Source: a bacterium (GTDB lineage Bacteria > JADJOY01). From it: 20,000 bases of DNA. The notes under the pieces were generated by a model. It made no database searches. It worked only from the letters and a program-made list of their open reading frames with translations, and had not been told where the DNA came from. Below, one piece after another: positions 1 to 8,231 of the stretch. Numbering within the stretch: the stretch's first letter is position 1; every line of letters starts with the position of its first letter. The translations under genes were made by a program, and so were the position numbers. The stretch lies in NCBI GenBank assembly GCA_046331705.1, contig JAXLQJ010000016.1, positions 115,780 through 135,779 of the forward strand, given 5' to 3'.

Positions 1-87
1 CGCGTCGCGACGTGGGGACACGAGCGAACGCGCCACGATGGTGAGATCGTGCAGTGCGAAGTCGATCGTCCGCCGCGCCACCGCCAT
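1..87 (-). CDS. Possible 5' end of a divergently transcribed gene (MAVARRTIDFALHDLTIVARSLVSPRRDA...), running off the window; possibly leaderless
   Basis: ATG at 87-85 on the minus strand, open to the window edge. A TTGCTC-N17-TACGTA promoter-like element ends 7 nt before the ATG and there is no SD. Too short to assign function. Confidence 0.4.
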   Translation of the reverse strand, partial: MAVARRTIDFALHDLTIVARSLVSPRRDA

Positions 88-94
88 GGCGCGC

Positions 95-123
95 TACGTA
101 GCAAGGCCGCGGGAGGCGAGCAA
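95..123 (-). promoter_or_regulatory. Putative sigma70-type promoter for the leftward gene
   Basis: Minus strand reads TTGCTC (123-118), 17 nt ending in TGC (extended -10), then TACGTA (100-95). Confidence 0.4.
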
Positions 124-152
124 GCACCCGCTCGAATCCGAGGTCCACGGCG

Positions 153-182
153 TTGCGGCGCACGATCGACCGCCGGTAGCCT
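153..182 (+). promoter_or_regulatory. Putative sigma70-type promoter for ORF1
   Basis: TTGCGG (153-158), N18, TAGCCT (177-182); GGAGG SD at 193-197 before ATG 203. Confidence 0.4.
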
Positions 183-202
183 CTCGAGTGCGGGAGGCAT
201 CG

Positions 203-1417
203 ATGAGACGTCACGTTCACGGGTGGGGATGGCTCGTCGGCATGTTGCTCGCGGGAACCGCGACGGCGGGAGGCGGCAGCCCTGCGCTCACGCCGGGCTG
301 GGACAGCTTCGGTCCGCTCACGTCGGGAAGCCTCACGTGGAGCCAGACGCCGGGCGGCTACGGTCTCGACCTGACGTACACGCTCGGCGGCGCGCTCACG
401 AACCACGAGTTCACCGCCGGCATGCACTTCTTCGACGTGAACGGATTCGTGGATTTCGGTCTGGGGTTTCTCACCGGGCCGCCGGGCGTGGGGCCCATCA
501 CTCGCGAAGGACACACCTCCGTGCTCTCGGCCACGGACCTCGGTTTCTTCTCGACCGACGGATCGGGAAACGGCGTCGGGCCGTTTCTGGCGCTGACTCC
601 CAACCCGGGGATCTACGCAGCCCAGTTCAACCTTCGCGAAGGCGGCTCGCCGGGATGTCCGAGCACCTCCTGCAACGCGATCTATCGAACCGGTGGGACC
701 TTCTCGACCGATCTCGTGCGATTCACCGTTCCCGCGGCCACGTCGTTCTGGAGCGCCGACGACGGCAACGCCACCGACGAGATGGGCGTGAATCCCGGCA
801 CGCCGATGGGCAGCGTCGCCTATCGCGCGGGCGAGTTTCGGAACGGATTCGACCTCGATGGGAGCACCTGGGTGTCGCTTCCCAATCCCGTCGCGGGAGG
901 CCTCGCTTCCACCACCGGTTTCACGGTGATCGCGTGGATCCAGCAAGACACGTTCTCGAGCACGGCGTCGATCTTCAACGTGCGCACCAGCGCGAATGCC
1001 AGCGGGTTCACACTGGAACCACTCTTCCAGACGCCAGAAACGATGGTGTTCGCGGTCAACACCAGCGGGCTCGCCGAGGGCTTCAGCGCGATCACGGGGA
1101 AGTTTCCCGTCGGAGTCCTGCAACGAGTCGCGGCGACCTTCGACGCTGCCACGCACACCATGCGCCTCTACCGCGATGGGCTGCTCGTGGCCGAGAAGAC
1201 CGACGTGCCCGGAACCACCATGTCGGTGATCGGCACCGAGGAGGCGGCGATCGGCCGCAACATCGTGAGTGACGCCAAGTTCGATGGGTTGGTCGACGAG
1301 GTTCTCTACTACCCCCGTGCGCTCACGGCGGCGGAGATCGGCGGATTGGTGCCGTGCCTCTTCTGCGACGAGTTCGACTTGGGCAACACCAATCGCTGGA
1401 GCGCCAAGGTGCCGTGA
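203..1417 (+). CDS. Secreted protein: signal peptide, uncharacterised beta-rich N-terminal domain, LamG-like (concanavalin A-like) jellyroll domain, short C-terminal motif
   Basis: Start placed at ATG 203 (SD GGAGG) rather than 38. Signal peptide MRRHVHGWGWLVGMLLAGTATA. LamG hallmarks: FWSADDGNATD, GFTVIAWI, RVAATFD...MRLYRDG, FDGLVDEVLYYPRALTAAEI. Confidence 0.8.
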   Translation: MRRHVHGWGWLVGMLLAGTATAGGGSPALTPGWDSFGPLTSGSLTWSQTPGGYGLDLTYTLGGALTNHEFTAGMHFFDVNGFVDFGLGFLTGPPGVGPITREGHTSVLSATDLGFFSTDGSGNGVGPFLALTPNPGIYAAQFNLREGGSPGCPSTSCNAIYRTGGTFSTDLVRFTVPAATSFWSADDGNATDEMGVNPGTPMGSVAYRAGEFRNGFDLDGSTWVSLPNPVAGGLASTTGFTVIAWIQQDTFSSTASIFNVRTSANASGFTLEPLFQTPETMVFAVNTSGLAEGFSAITGKFPVGVLQRVAATFDAATHTMRLYRDGLLVAEKTDVPGTTMSVIGTEEAAIGRNIVSDAKFDGLVDEVLYYPRALTAAEIGGLVPCLFCDEFDLGNTNRWSAKVP

Positions 1418-1657
1418 ACGGCTCGTCGATTCCGTCACGGGCCGCTGGGAGCCTCGCCGGGCTCAGGGAAGGAAGTCGTCGGCGCCGGGCGCGCGAGCGG
1501 CCTCTTGGCGAAGACGCACCACCAGCGGATCGTCGCCCGGCTCCATTCGAATCTCCACCTCGGCGCCCGGCCGATGGCGGCAGCGGCTGAGCTGCCCGGG
1601 AATCCGCGGGGTGTGACGCGGACGGATCAGCTCGCTCGCGTCGTAAGCCGTGCTCGT

Positions 1658-1685
1658 GTCGACGGCGCCCGTCGACGGCGCCCGT
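1658..1685. repeat. 13-bp tandem direct repeat (GTCGACGGCGCCC x2) that also forms an 8-bp inverted repeat
   Basis: 1658-1670 = 1671-1683; GTCGACGG (1658-1665) pairs with CCGTCGAC (1669-1676). Confidence 0.7.
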
Positions 1686-1902
1686 GATGCGCACCAACGG
1701 CGCCGCGTAGCTCGGTCCCCCGCTCTCGGCGCCGGGAACGAATCCGGAACGTCCCCCGCCGCCGAACGGCTGGCGACGACCTCGGGGGCGCGGCGGTCCC
1801 GGTCGCTCAGGCCGCTCCCCTCCTTTCGGCGCGTGCCAGCAGCGGTGGAACGCATGCGAAGCGCCGGGCGTCGCGCGCTGGCGGTGCCGCGTCGGGCGGC
1901 CA

Positions 1903-1932
1903 TTGCGACCCCGAGGAACGCTCGGCTATAAC
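1903..1932 (+). promoter_or_regulatory. Putative promoter of the liv operon
   Basis: TTGCGA (1903-1908), N18, TATAAC (1927-1932); GAGGGG SD upstream of ATG 1963. Confidence 0.5.
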
Positions 1933-1962
1933 GCGGCGGCACGCAGCCCGAGGGGAAAACGC

Positions 1963-3114
1963 ATGAAAACACGCGAATTTGCTGCAATCGCGCGCGCCGC
2001 GGCCGGGTTCGCCGTGGTGCTCGCCGCCGCGCTGGCGATGGCGCGAACGGCGCACGCGGACGAGATCCGAATCGGCGAGTTCGGCTCGCTCACCGGCACC
2101 ACCGCCACCTTCGGGCAATCGACGCACAACGGAGTGATGCTCGCCGTCGACGAGACCAACGCCGCCGGCGGAGTGCTCGGAAAGAAGATCAAGCTCATCA
2201 CCGAGGACGACCAGTCGAAGCCGGAGGAGGCGAAGACGGCGGTCATCAAGCTCATCAAGCAGCACCGCGTGGTGGCGCTGCTCGGCGAGGTCGCCAGCAG
2301 CCGCTCGTTGGCGGCGGCGCCCGAGGCTCAGAAGGCGGGCATCCCGATGGTGACGCCTGCGTCCACCAATCCCAAGGTCACACAGGTGGGCGATTTCATC
2401 TTCCGAACCTGCTTCATCGATCCCTTCCAGGGCAGCACCATGGCGAAGTTCGCCCACGAGACGCTCAAGGTGAAGCAGGTCGCGATCCTGAAGGACGTGA
2501 AGAACGACTACAGCGTGGGCCTGGCGGAGTTCTTCGAGCGCACCTTCACGGGGCTCGGTGGCCAGATCGTCGCCAACGAGAGCTATTCCGAGGGCGACAC
2601 GGAGTTCCGCGCGGTGCTCACGGCGATCCGTTCCAAGAGCCCGCAGGCGATCTACATCCCCGGCTACTACACCGAGGTGGGTCTCATCGCGCGGCAGGCG
2701 CGCGAGCTCGGTCTCAAGGTGCCGATGCTGGGCGGCGACGGCTGGGACTCGGAGAAGACGCTCGAGATCGGCGGCGACGCCGTCAACGGCAGCTACTACA
2801 CGAATCACTACTCGGCCGAGGATCCGAGCCCCGTGGTGCAGGGGTTCATCCAGAAGTACAAGGCCAAGCACGGTGAGGTGCCCGACGCGATGGCCGTGCT
2901 GGGCTACGACGCCGCGCGCATCCTGATCGACGCGATGAAGCGCGCCGGCTCAACCGACGGGCCGAAGGTCCGCGATGCGCTCGCCCAGACCAAGGGCTAC
3001 GCCGGAGTCTCCGGCTCGATCACCATCGACGCCGAGCGCAACTCGACGAAGAACATCGTGGTGCTCAAGATCGACGGCGGGAAGGTCAAGTTCCAGACCT
3101 CGATCGCCCCGTGA
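1963..3114 (+). CDS. livK: Branched-chain amino acid ABC transporter substrate-binding protein (LivJ/LivK family, PBP type 1)
   Basis: Signal peptide ending in AHA; IRIGEFGSLTG, EDDQSKPEEA, PASTNPKVT, FIFRTCFIDPFQG, GGDGWDS, GYDAA motifs; first gene of a HAAT operon. Confidence 0.93.
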   Translation: MKTREFAAIARAAAGFAVVLAAALAMARTAHADEIRIGEFGSLTGTTATFGQSTHNGVMLAVDETNAAGGVLGKKIKLITEDDQSKPEEAKTAVIKLIKQHRVVALLGEVASSRSLAAAPEAQKAGIPMVTPASTNPKVTQVGDFIFRTCFIDPFQGSTMAKFAHETLKVKQVAILKDVKNDYSVGLAEFFERTFTGLGGQIVANESYSEGDTEFRAVLTAIRSKSPQAIYIPGYYTEVGLIARQARELGLKVPMLGGDGWDSEKTLEIGGDAVNGSYYTNHYSAEDPSPVVQGFIQKYKAKHGEVPDAMAVLGYDAARILIDAMKRAGSTDGPKVRDALAQTKGYAGVSGSITIDAERNSTKNIVVLKIDGGKVKFQTSIAP

Positions 3115-3253
3115 TGCTCGCCCGCGACGCGATCTTTCCGGACGCGACGAAGCGCGTCCCTGGAGCGGCGCCCCGCGGTCGCCAGGCTCGCCGTCGACCA
3201 CACCCGGTGCCAGCGGCACCGCGCGAGCACGGCGAGTGACTCGGGGGTGGGGC

Positions 3254-3280
3254 CCCGCCGAGACCGCGCTCTCGGTGGGG
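3254..3280 (+). other. GC-rich hairpin in the livK-livH spacer (second hairpin at 3139-3158); likely mRNA stabiliser or partial terminator
   Basis: CCGCCGAGA-ccgcgc-TCTCGGTGG and GGACGCG-acgaag-CGCGTCC inverted repeats; no U-tract. Confidence 0.4.
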
Positions 3281-3311
3281 CGGGGAGCTTGAAGCGCCCG
3301 CCGTGGAAACC

Positions 3312-4214
3312 ATGAGCACCCTCGTCCAGCAATTGCTGAACGGCCTCGCGTGGGGCTCGGTCTACGCGCTCATCGCGCTCGGCTACACGATGGTGTACGG
3401 CGTCTTGAAGCTCATCAACTTCGCCCACGGCGAGGTCTACATGATGGGCGCCATGACCGGTTATTACGTCGGGCGCTGGGTGCAGAAGGCCGAGCTGCCG
3501 ATGGCGCTCAGGCTGCCCGCGACGCTTCTCGGCGCGATGGTCGCGTGCGCGGTGTTGGGCTTCGCGATCGAGCGACTCGCGTATCGCCCGCTGCGCAACG
3601 CCAGCCGCCTGTCGGCGCTGATCACCGCGATCGGCGTGTCGCTCTTGCTCCAGAACGCCGGGCAGCTCGTGTTCGGCGCCGACCCGAAGTACTTCCCTCA
3701 GGTGCTGAGCTACGCGGAGGTGATCAACACCGGCGGGGTGGTGCTCTCGAACATCCAGCTCGTCATCATGCTGACCGCGGTGGCGCTCATGACCGGGCTG
3801 CACCTCTTCGTGCAGAAGACGCGCCTCGGGCGCGCGATGCGCGCGGTGGCGAACGACAAGGCCGCCGCGCAGCTCGTGGGGATCTCCGTCGATCAGATCA
3901 TCGCGCTCACCTTCGTGATCGGCTCGGTGCTCGCGGCGGCCGCCGGGGTGCTGGTCGGGCTCTCGAACCCGAAAGTCGAGCCCCTCATGGGCATCATGCC
4001 GGGGCTCAAGGCATTCGTGGCGGCGGTGCTGGGCGGCATCGGCAACATCGTCGGCGCGATGCTCGGCGGGGTGCTGCTCGGCCTGGTCGAGACGGCGGTC
4101 TCGGCGGTGGGGCTCTCCACCTACCGCGACGCGATCGCGTTCGCGCTCTTGATCGCGTTCTTGTTGTTCCGCCCCACGGGGATCATGGGGCGGCCGGACG
4201 TCGAGAAGGTCTGA
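3312..4214 (+). CDS. livH: Branched-chain amino acid ABC transporter permease LivH (alternative GTG start at 3303)
   Basis: QQLLNGLAWGSVYALIALGYTMVYGVLKLINFAHGE; TRLGRAMRAVA; KAFVAAVLGGIG. Confidence 0.95.
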   Translation: MSTLVQQLLNGLAWGSVYALIALGYTMVYGVLKLINFAHGEVYMMGAMTGYYVGRWVQKAELPMALRLPATLLGAMVACAVLGFAIERLAYRPLRNASRLSALITAIGVSLLLQNAGQLVFGADPKYFPQVLSYAEVINTGGVVLSNIQLVIMLTAVALMTGLHLFVQKTRLGRAMRAVANDKAAAQLVGISVDQIIALTFVIGSVLAAAAGVLVGLSNPKVEPLMGIMPGLKAFVAAVLGGIGNIVGAMLGGVLLGLVETAVSAVGLSTYRDAIAFALLIAFLLFRPTGIMGRPDVEKV

Positions 4215-4217
4215 GCC

Positions 4218-5249
4218 GTGGCGCGTCTTCCGATGCTCCGCTTGCTGGTGCAGATCGCGCTCGGCACCGCGATCCTGAGCGTCTGGGCGGTCGTCCTGGC
4301 ACCGCGCATCAATCCGTATCAACTCCAGGTCGTCAACTACATCGGCATCAACGTCGTGATGGCGGTGTCGTTGAACCTCATCAACGGCCACACCGGGCAG
4401 TTCTCGATCGGTCACGCCGGCTTCATGGCGCTCGGCGCCTATGGCTCGGCGGCGATCACGTACTACGGCGGGCCGCACGTTCTGCCGTGGCTGGGCGACA
4501 CGCTGGGGCTGCCGTTGGCGGTGGCCAACGGGCTGCTGCTCAACGGGGCGATGCTCGCGGGTGGGCTGCTCGCGGCCTTCGCGGGGCTCGTGGTGGGGAT
4601 CCCCACGTTGCGTTTGCGCGGCGATTACCTGGCGATCGCGACGCTCGGCTTCGGTGAGATCATCCGCGTCATCATCCTCAATCTCGACGTGGTGGGCGGG
4701 GCGCGCGGCTTCACCGACATTCCCGAGCTCGCCGGCACGTTCTGGATCTTCGCGTGGGCGGTGATCACCGTCGCGGTGATCGCGCGGATCGTGGGATCCA
4801 CGCGTGGCCTGGCGTTTCTATCCATCCGCGAGGACGAGATCGCCGCCGAGGCGGTGGGGATCTCCACCACGCGCACCAAGGTCGCGGCGTTCCTGCTGGG
4901 TGCCTTCTTCGCCGGGATCGGCGGCGGGCTCTTCGCCCACAACGTGACCTACCTGCACACCAACACGTTCACATTCATGAAGTCGATCGAGTACATCGCG
5001 ATGGTGGTGCTCGGCGGCATGGGCAGCATCACGGGCTCGGTGGTGGCGGCGGTGGTGCTCACCACGCTGCCCGAGGCGCTGCGCGCCATCGAGAAGTACC
5101 GGATGGTGATCTACGCGGCGCTCTTGATCGTGCTCATGCTGACGCGGCCACAGGGCTTGATGGGGCGCCGCGAGCTGAGCTTCGATGCCATCCGGCGCCG
5201 GCTCGTGCGCCGGGCCGTCGCGCTGCCGCAGCGCGGAGCGCCGTCGTGA
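4218..5249 (+). CDS. livM: Branched-chain amino acid ABC transporter permease LivM
   Basis: SLNLINGHTGQFSIGHAGF, LRLRGDYLAIATLGFGEII, IREDEIAAEAVGI, VVLGGMGS; 3 nt after livH. Confidence 0.95.
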   Translation: MARLPMLRLLVQIALGTAILSVWAVVLAPRINPYQLQVVNYIGINVVMAVSLNLINGHTGQFSIGHAGFMALGAYGSAAITYYGGPHVLPWLGDTLGLPLAVANGLLLNGAMLAGGLLAAFAGLVVGIPTLRLRGDYLAIATLGFGEIIRVIILNLDVVGGARGFTDIPELAGTFWIFAWAVITVAVIARIVGSTRGLAFLSIREDEIAAEAVGISTTRTKVAAFLLGAFFAGIGGGLFAHNVTYLHTNTFTFMKSIEYIAMVVLGGMGSITGSVVAAVVLTTLPEALRAIEKYRMVIYAALLIVLMLTRPQGLMGRRELSFDAIRRRLVRRAVALPQRGAPS

Positions 5250-6025
5250 GCGCGGCGCCGATCCTCGCGATCGAGGGCGTGACCAAGTGCTTCGGCGGGC
5301 TCACCGCGGTCTCGGAGCTCGAGCTCGGCGTCGAGGTGGGCGATCTGGTCGGCATCATCGGCCCGAACGGCAGTGGCAAGACCACGGCGTTCAACCTGAT
5401 CACGGGCTTCTACGAGCCGACGCGCGGCTCGATCCGCTTGGCGGGCAAGCCCATCCACGGGCTACCCACCCACCAGATCAATCGCGCCGGGATCGCGCGC
5501 ACCTTCCAGAACATCCGGCTCTTTCCGGATCTGACGGTGCTCGACAACGTGCGCGTGGCGCTCAATCGTCGCGCGCTCGCCACGCCGCTCGGACGGGTGC
5601 TGCGCACGCGCCGGTTCCTCGACGAGGAGCGGGCCCTCGGACGCGTGGCGATGGAGCTCCTCGAGCGCTTCGACCTGGCGCGCTTCGCGTTCAGCAGCGC
5701 GCGCAACCTGCCGTACGGCGAGCAGCGCCGGCTGGAGATCGCGCGGGCGCTCGCGACGCAGCCGCGCATCCTCTTGCTCGACGAGCCCGCGGCGGGGATG
5801 AACCCCACCGAGAAGGTCGAGCTCACCGAGCTGATCCGGCGGGTGAAGGACGAGTTCGAGCTCACCGTGCTGCTCATCGATCACGACATGCGGGTGATGA
5901 TGGGGCTCTGCGAGCGGTTGCTGGTGCTCGATCACGGCGAGACCATCGCGCGCGGAACCCCCGCCGAGATCCAGCGCGATCCGAAGGTGATCGCGGCCTA
6001 TCTCGGCGCGGACGCCGTCGCGTGA
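5246..6025 (+). CDS. livG: ABC transporter ATP-binding protein LivG
   Basis: GTGA overlap with the livM stop; Walker A GPNGSGKT, IARTFQNIRLF, LPYGEQRRLEIARAL, LLLDEPAAG, VIAAYLG. Confidence 0.95.
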   Translation: MSAAPILAIEGVTKCFGGLTAVSELELGVEVGDLVGIIGPNGSGKTTAFNLITGFYEPTRGSIRLAGKPIHGLPTHQINRAGIARTFQNIRLFPDLTVLDNVRVALNRRALATPLGRVLRTRRFLDEERALGRVAMELLERFDLARFAFSSARNLPYGEQRRLEIARALATQPRILLLDEPAAGMNPTEKVELTELIRRVKDEFELTVLLIDHDMRVMMGLCERLLVLDHGETIARGTPAEIQRDPKVIAAYLGADAVA

Positions 6026-6768
6026 CAGCCACCATGGACGGCGAGACCATCCTGAGGCTCGAAGGGCTCGCGGTGTCGTACGGCGCCGTGCGGGCGCTGG
6101 CGGGCGTCTCGATCGAGGTGCGAGCCGGCGAGATCGTGACGCTGCTCGGCAGCAACGGCGCCGGCAAGAGCACGCTCCTGAAGGCGATGTCGGGGCTCGT
6201 GCCGGTGCAGCACGGACGCATCCTCTACCGCCGCGACGGCGAGGAGGTCGATCTCGCGCGCGTCGCCGCCCATCGCATCGTCGGCTTGGGCGTGGCGCAC
6301 GTGCCGGAGGGGCGGCGCGTGTTCGCGAGCCTGACCGTGCTCGAGAACCTCGAGATGGGCGCCTTCCTGCGCCGCGACGCCGCTGGCATCCGCGCCGATC
6401 TCGACGAGGTGTTCCAGCTCTTCCCGCGGCTCGCGGAGCGCAAGAGCCAGCGCGCCGAGACCCTCTCCGGCGGCGAGCAGCAGATGCTCGCGATCGGCCG
6501 CGCGCTCATGAGCAGGCCGCGGGTCCTGCTCATGGACGAGCCCTCGCTGGGCATCGCGCCGCTGCTGGTGAAGACGATCTTCGAGACCATTCGCGACATC
6601 AACGTCCAGCGCCGCACGACCATCGTCGTGGTCGAGCAGAACGCGCGGGTCGCGCTGGGCATCGCGCACCGCGGCTACGTGCTGGAGGTGGGCGAGATCG
6701 TGCTGGCGGGCACCAGCGCCGAGCTCGCCGGCAACGACGAGGTGCGCAAGGCCTATCTGGGCGGCTGA
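6022..6768 (+). CDS. livF: ABC transporter ATP-binding protein LivF (GTG 6022 overlapping the livG stop, or ATG 6034)
   Basis: GSNGAGKST, HVPEGRRVF, LSGGEQQMLAIGRALM, DEPSLG, VEQNA, VRKAYLGG. Confidence 0.95.
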   Translation: MTATMDGETILRLEGLAVSYGAVRALAGVSIEVRAGEIVTLLGSNGAGKSTLLKAMSGLVPVQHGRILYRRDGEEVDLARVAAHRIVGLGVAHVPEGRRVFASLTVLENLEMGAFLRRDAAGIRADLDEVFQLFPRLAERKSQRAETLSGGEQQMLAIGRALMSRPRVLLMDEPSLGIAPLLVKTIFETIRDINVQRRTTIVVVEQNARVALGIAHRGYVLEVGEIVLAGTSAELAGNDEVRKAYLGG

Positions 6769-6856
6769 GCGCCGCCGCACGTCGTCGTCCCGGCGCGCGC
6801 GCCGAACGTGGCCGGCGTCCGCGGTCGAGCCCCACAAAACGAACGCTCGGTGGTTT

Positions 6857-6886
6857 TTGCCGCGAGCTCGGCGCTGATGCTACGTA
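6857..6886 (+). promoter_or_regulatory. Putative promoter of the thiolase gene
   Basis: TTGCCG (6857-6862), N18 ending in TGC, TACGTA (6881-6886), in a locally AT-richer patch. Confidence 0.4.
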
Positions 6887-6949
6887 AGCGCCGTTAACTT
6901 CGATGCCGGCCAGGTGCGGCGCACCGGCCGAGCGTGAGGGGCGAAGGCG

Positions 6950-8119
6950 ATGAAGAAGGGCCGCGATGTTTGCGTGGTCGGCGTCGGGATGACGAAGTTC
7001 GAGCGCTGCGACCGCGATTTCATGGATCTGGCGCAAGAGGCGGGCTCGGCGGCGCTCAAGATGGCGGGCGTCGGCTACGACCAGGTCGAGCAGGCCTTCG
7101 TGGGCTACGTGAACGGCATGAGCACCAACGGCCAGCGCGCGGTCTACGGTCTCGGGATGACCGGCATCCCCGTCTACAACGTCAACAACAACTGCTCGAC
7201 CGGTTCGACGGCGCTCTACCTCGGCTGGCAGGCGGTCTCGTACGGGATCAACGAGTGCGTGCTGGCGCTCGGCTTCGAGAAGATGGAGAAGGGCCCGCTC
7301 GAGAATCAGCTCCAGGGCCTCAAGGACAAGCAGGCCGAGGCGGGCGGCGGCGAGGAAAAGAAGAAGAAGCCTCCCATCGCCGCGCGCATCTTCGGCGAGG
7401 GCGGCCGCGAGCACATGGAGCTTTACGGCACCACCAAGGAGCAGTTCGCGAAGGTCTCGGTCAAGAACCACCGCCACTCGGTCAACAATCCCCGCTCGCA
7501 GTACCAGGACCCGTGCACGCTCGAGGAAGTGCTCGCGTCGCGCGAGATCTACGATCCGCTCACGCTGCTTCAGTGCTGTCCGACGTCGGACGGCTCGGCC
7601 GCGGCCATCCTGTGCTCCGAGGAGTTCGCGAAGAAGCTCGGCGTGTCGAACCCCGTGAAGATCGTCGCGTCCACCATGACCACCGACAAGGCCGAGGACA
7701 TGGGCAACGGCCGCATTGGCATGATCGGGTTCGGCATGACCCGCGACGCCGCGAAGAACGTCTACGAGATGAGCGGTCACGGACCCGAGGACGTGCAGGT
7801 GATCGAGCTGCACGATTGCTTCTCGACCAACGAGCTCATCACCTACGAAGGGCTGGGGCTCTGTCCGGTGGGGCAGGGCGGGCGGCTGATCGACGACGCC
7901 GCGGTGACCTACGGCGGAAAGTGGGTGGTGAACCCCTCGGGCGGGCTGCTCTCGAAAGGTCATCCGCTGGGAGCGACCGGGCTCGCCCAGTGCGCGGAGC
8001 TCACCTGGCAGCTGCTGGGGCAGGCCGACAAACGCCAGGTTCCCGGCGCGAGGATCGCTTTGCAGCACAACTTGGGGCTCGGCGGCGCCTGTGTGGTCAC
8101 GATGTACAAGCGCGGCTGA
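6950..8119 (+). CDS. SCP-x / nonspecific lipid-transfer-protein-type thiolase (no SCP2 domain)
   Basis: [21 protein letters not shown] (catalytic Cys), [47 protein letters not shown]: the SCP2-thiolase subfamily signature. Confidence 0.92.
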   Translation: MKKGRDVCVVGVGMTKFERCDRDFMDLAQEAGSAALKMAGVGYDQVEQAFVGYVNGMSTNGQRAVYGLGMTGIPVYNVNNNCSTGSTALYLGWQAVSYGINECVLALGFEKMEKGPLENQLQGLKDKQAEAGGGEEKKKKPPIAARIFGEGGREHMELYGTTKEQFAKVSVKNHRHSVNNPRSQYQDPCTLEEVLASREIYDPLTLLQCCPTSDGSAAAILCSEEFAKKLGVSNPVKIVASTMTTDKAEDMGNGRIGMIGFGMTRDAAKNVYEMSGHGPEDVQVIELHDCFSTNELITYEGLGLCPVGQGGRLIDDAAVTYGGKWVVNPSGGLLSKGHPLGATGLAQCAELTWQLLGQADKRQVPGARIALQHNLGLGGACVVTMYKRG

Positions 8120-8188
8120 GTCGCGGTCGCGCCCGCGGTCTTCGAGCGTGGGCGCGAGGATTCGATCACTCGTGAGACGAGTGTGAGC

Positions 8189-8220
8189 CGGGCGGCCTTG
8201 GGGGCCGCCCGCGTTCGTTT
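8189..8220 (+). terminator. Putative intrinsic terminator after the thiolase
   Basis: CGGGCGGCC-ttggg-GGCCGCCCG stem followed by CGTTCGTTT; a second hairpin CACTCGT-gag-ACGAGTG at 8167-8183. Confidence 0.5.
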
Positions 8221-8231
8221 CGGGACCGCTC

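Noticed and set aside
38..202. Longer N-terminus for ORF1 (start at 38)
   Set aside because: The SD and signal peptide point to ATG 203; the upstream part overlaps promoter-like elements and a possible divergent gene.
1460..1480. CAGGGAAGGAAG resembling SRP (4.5S) RNA helix 8
   Set aside because: Lacks the full CAGG-N3-GNRA-N3-AGCA motif and an enclosing long hairpin.
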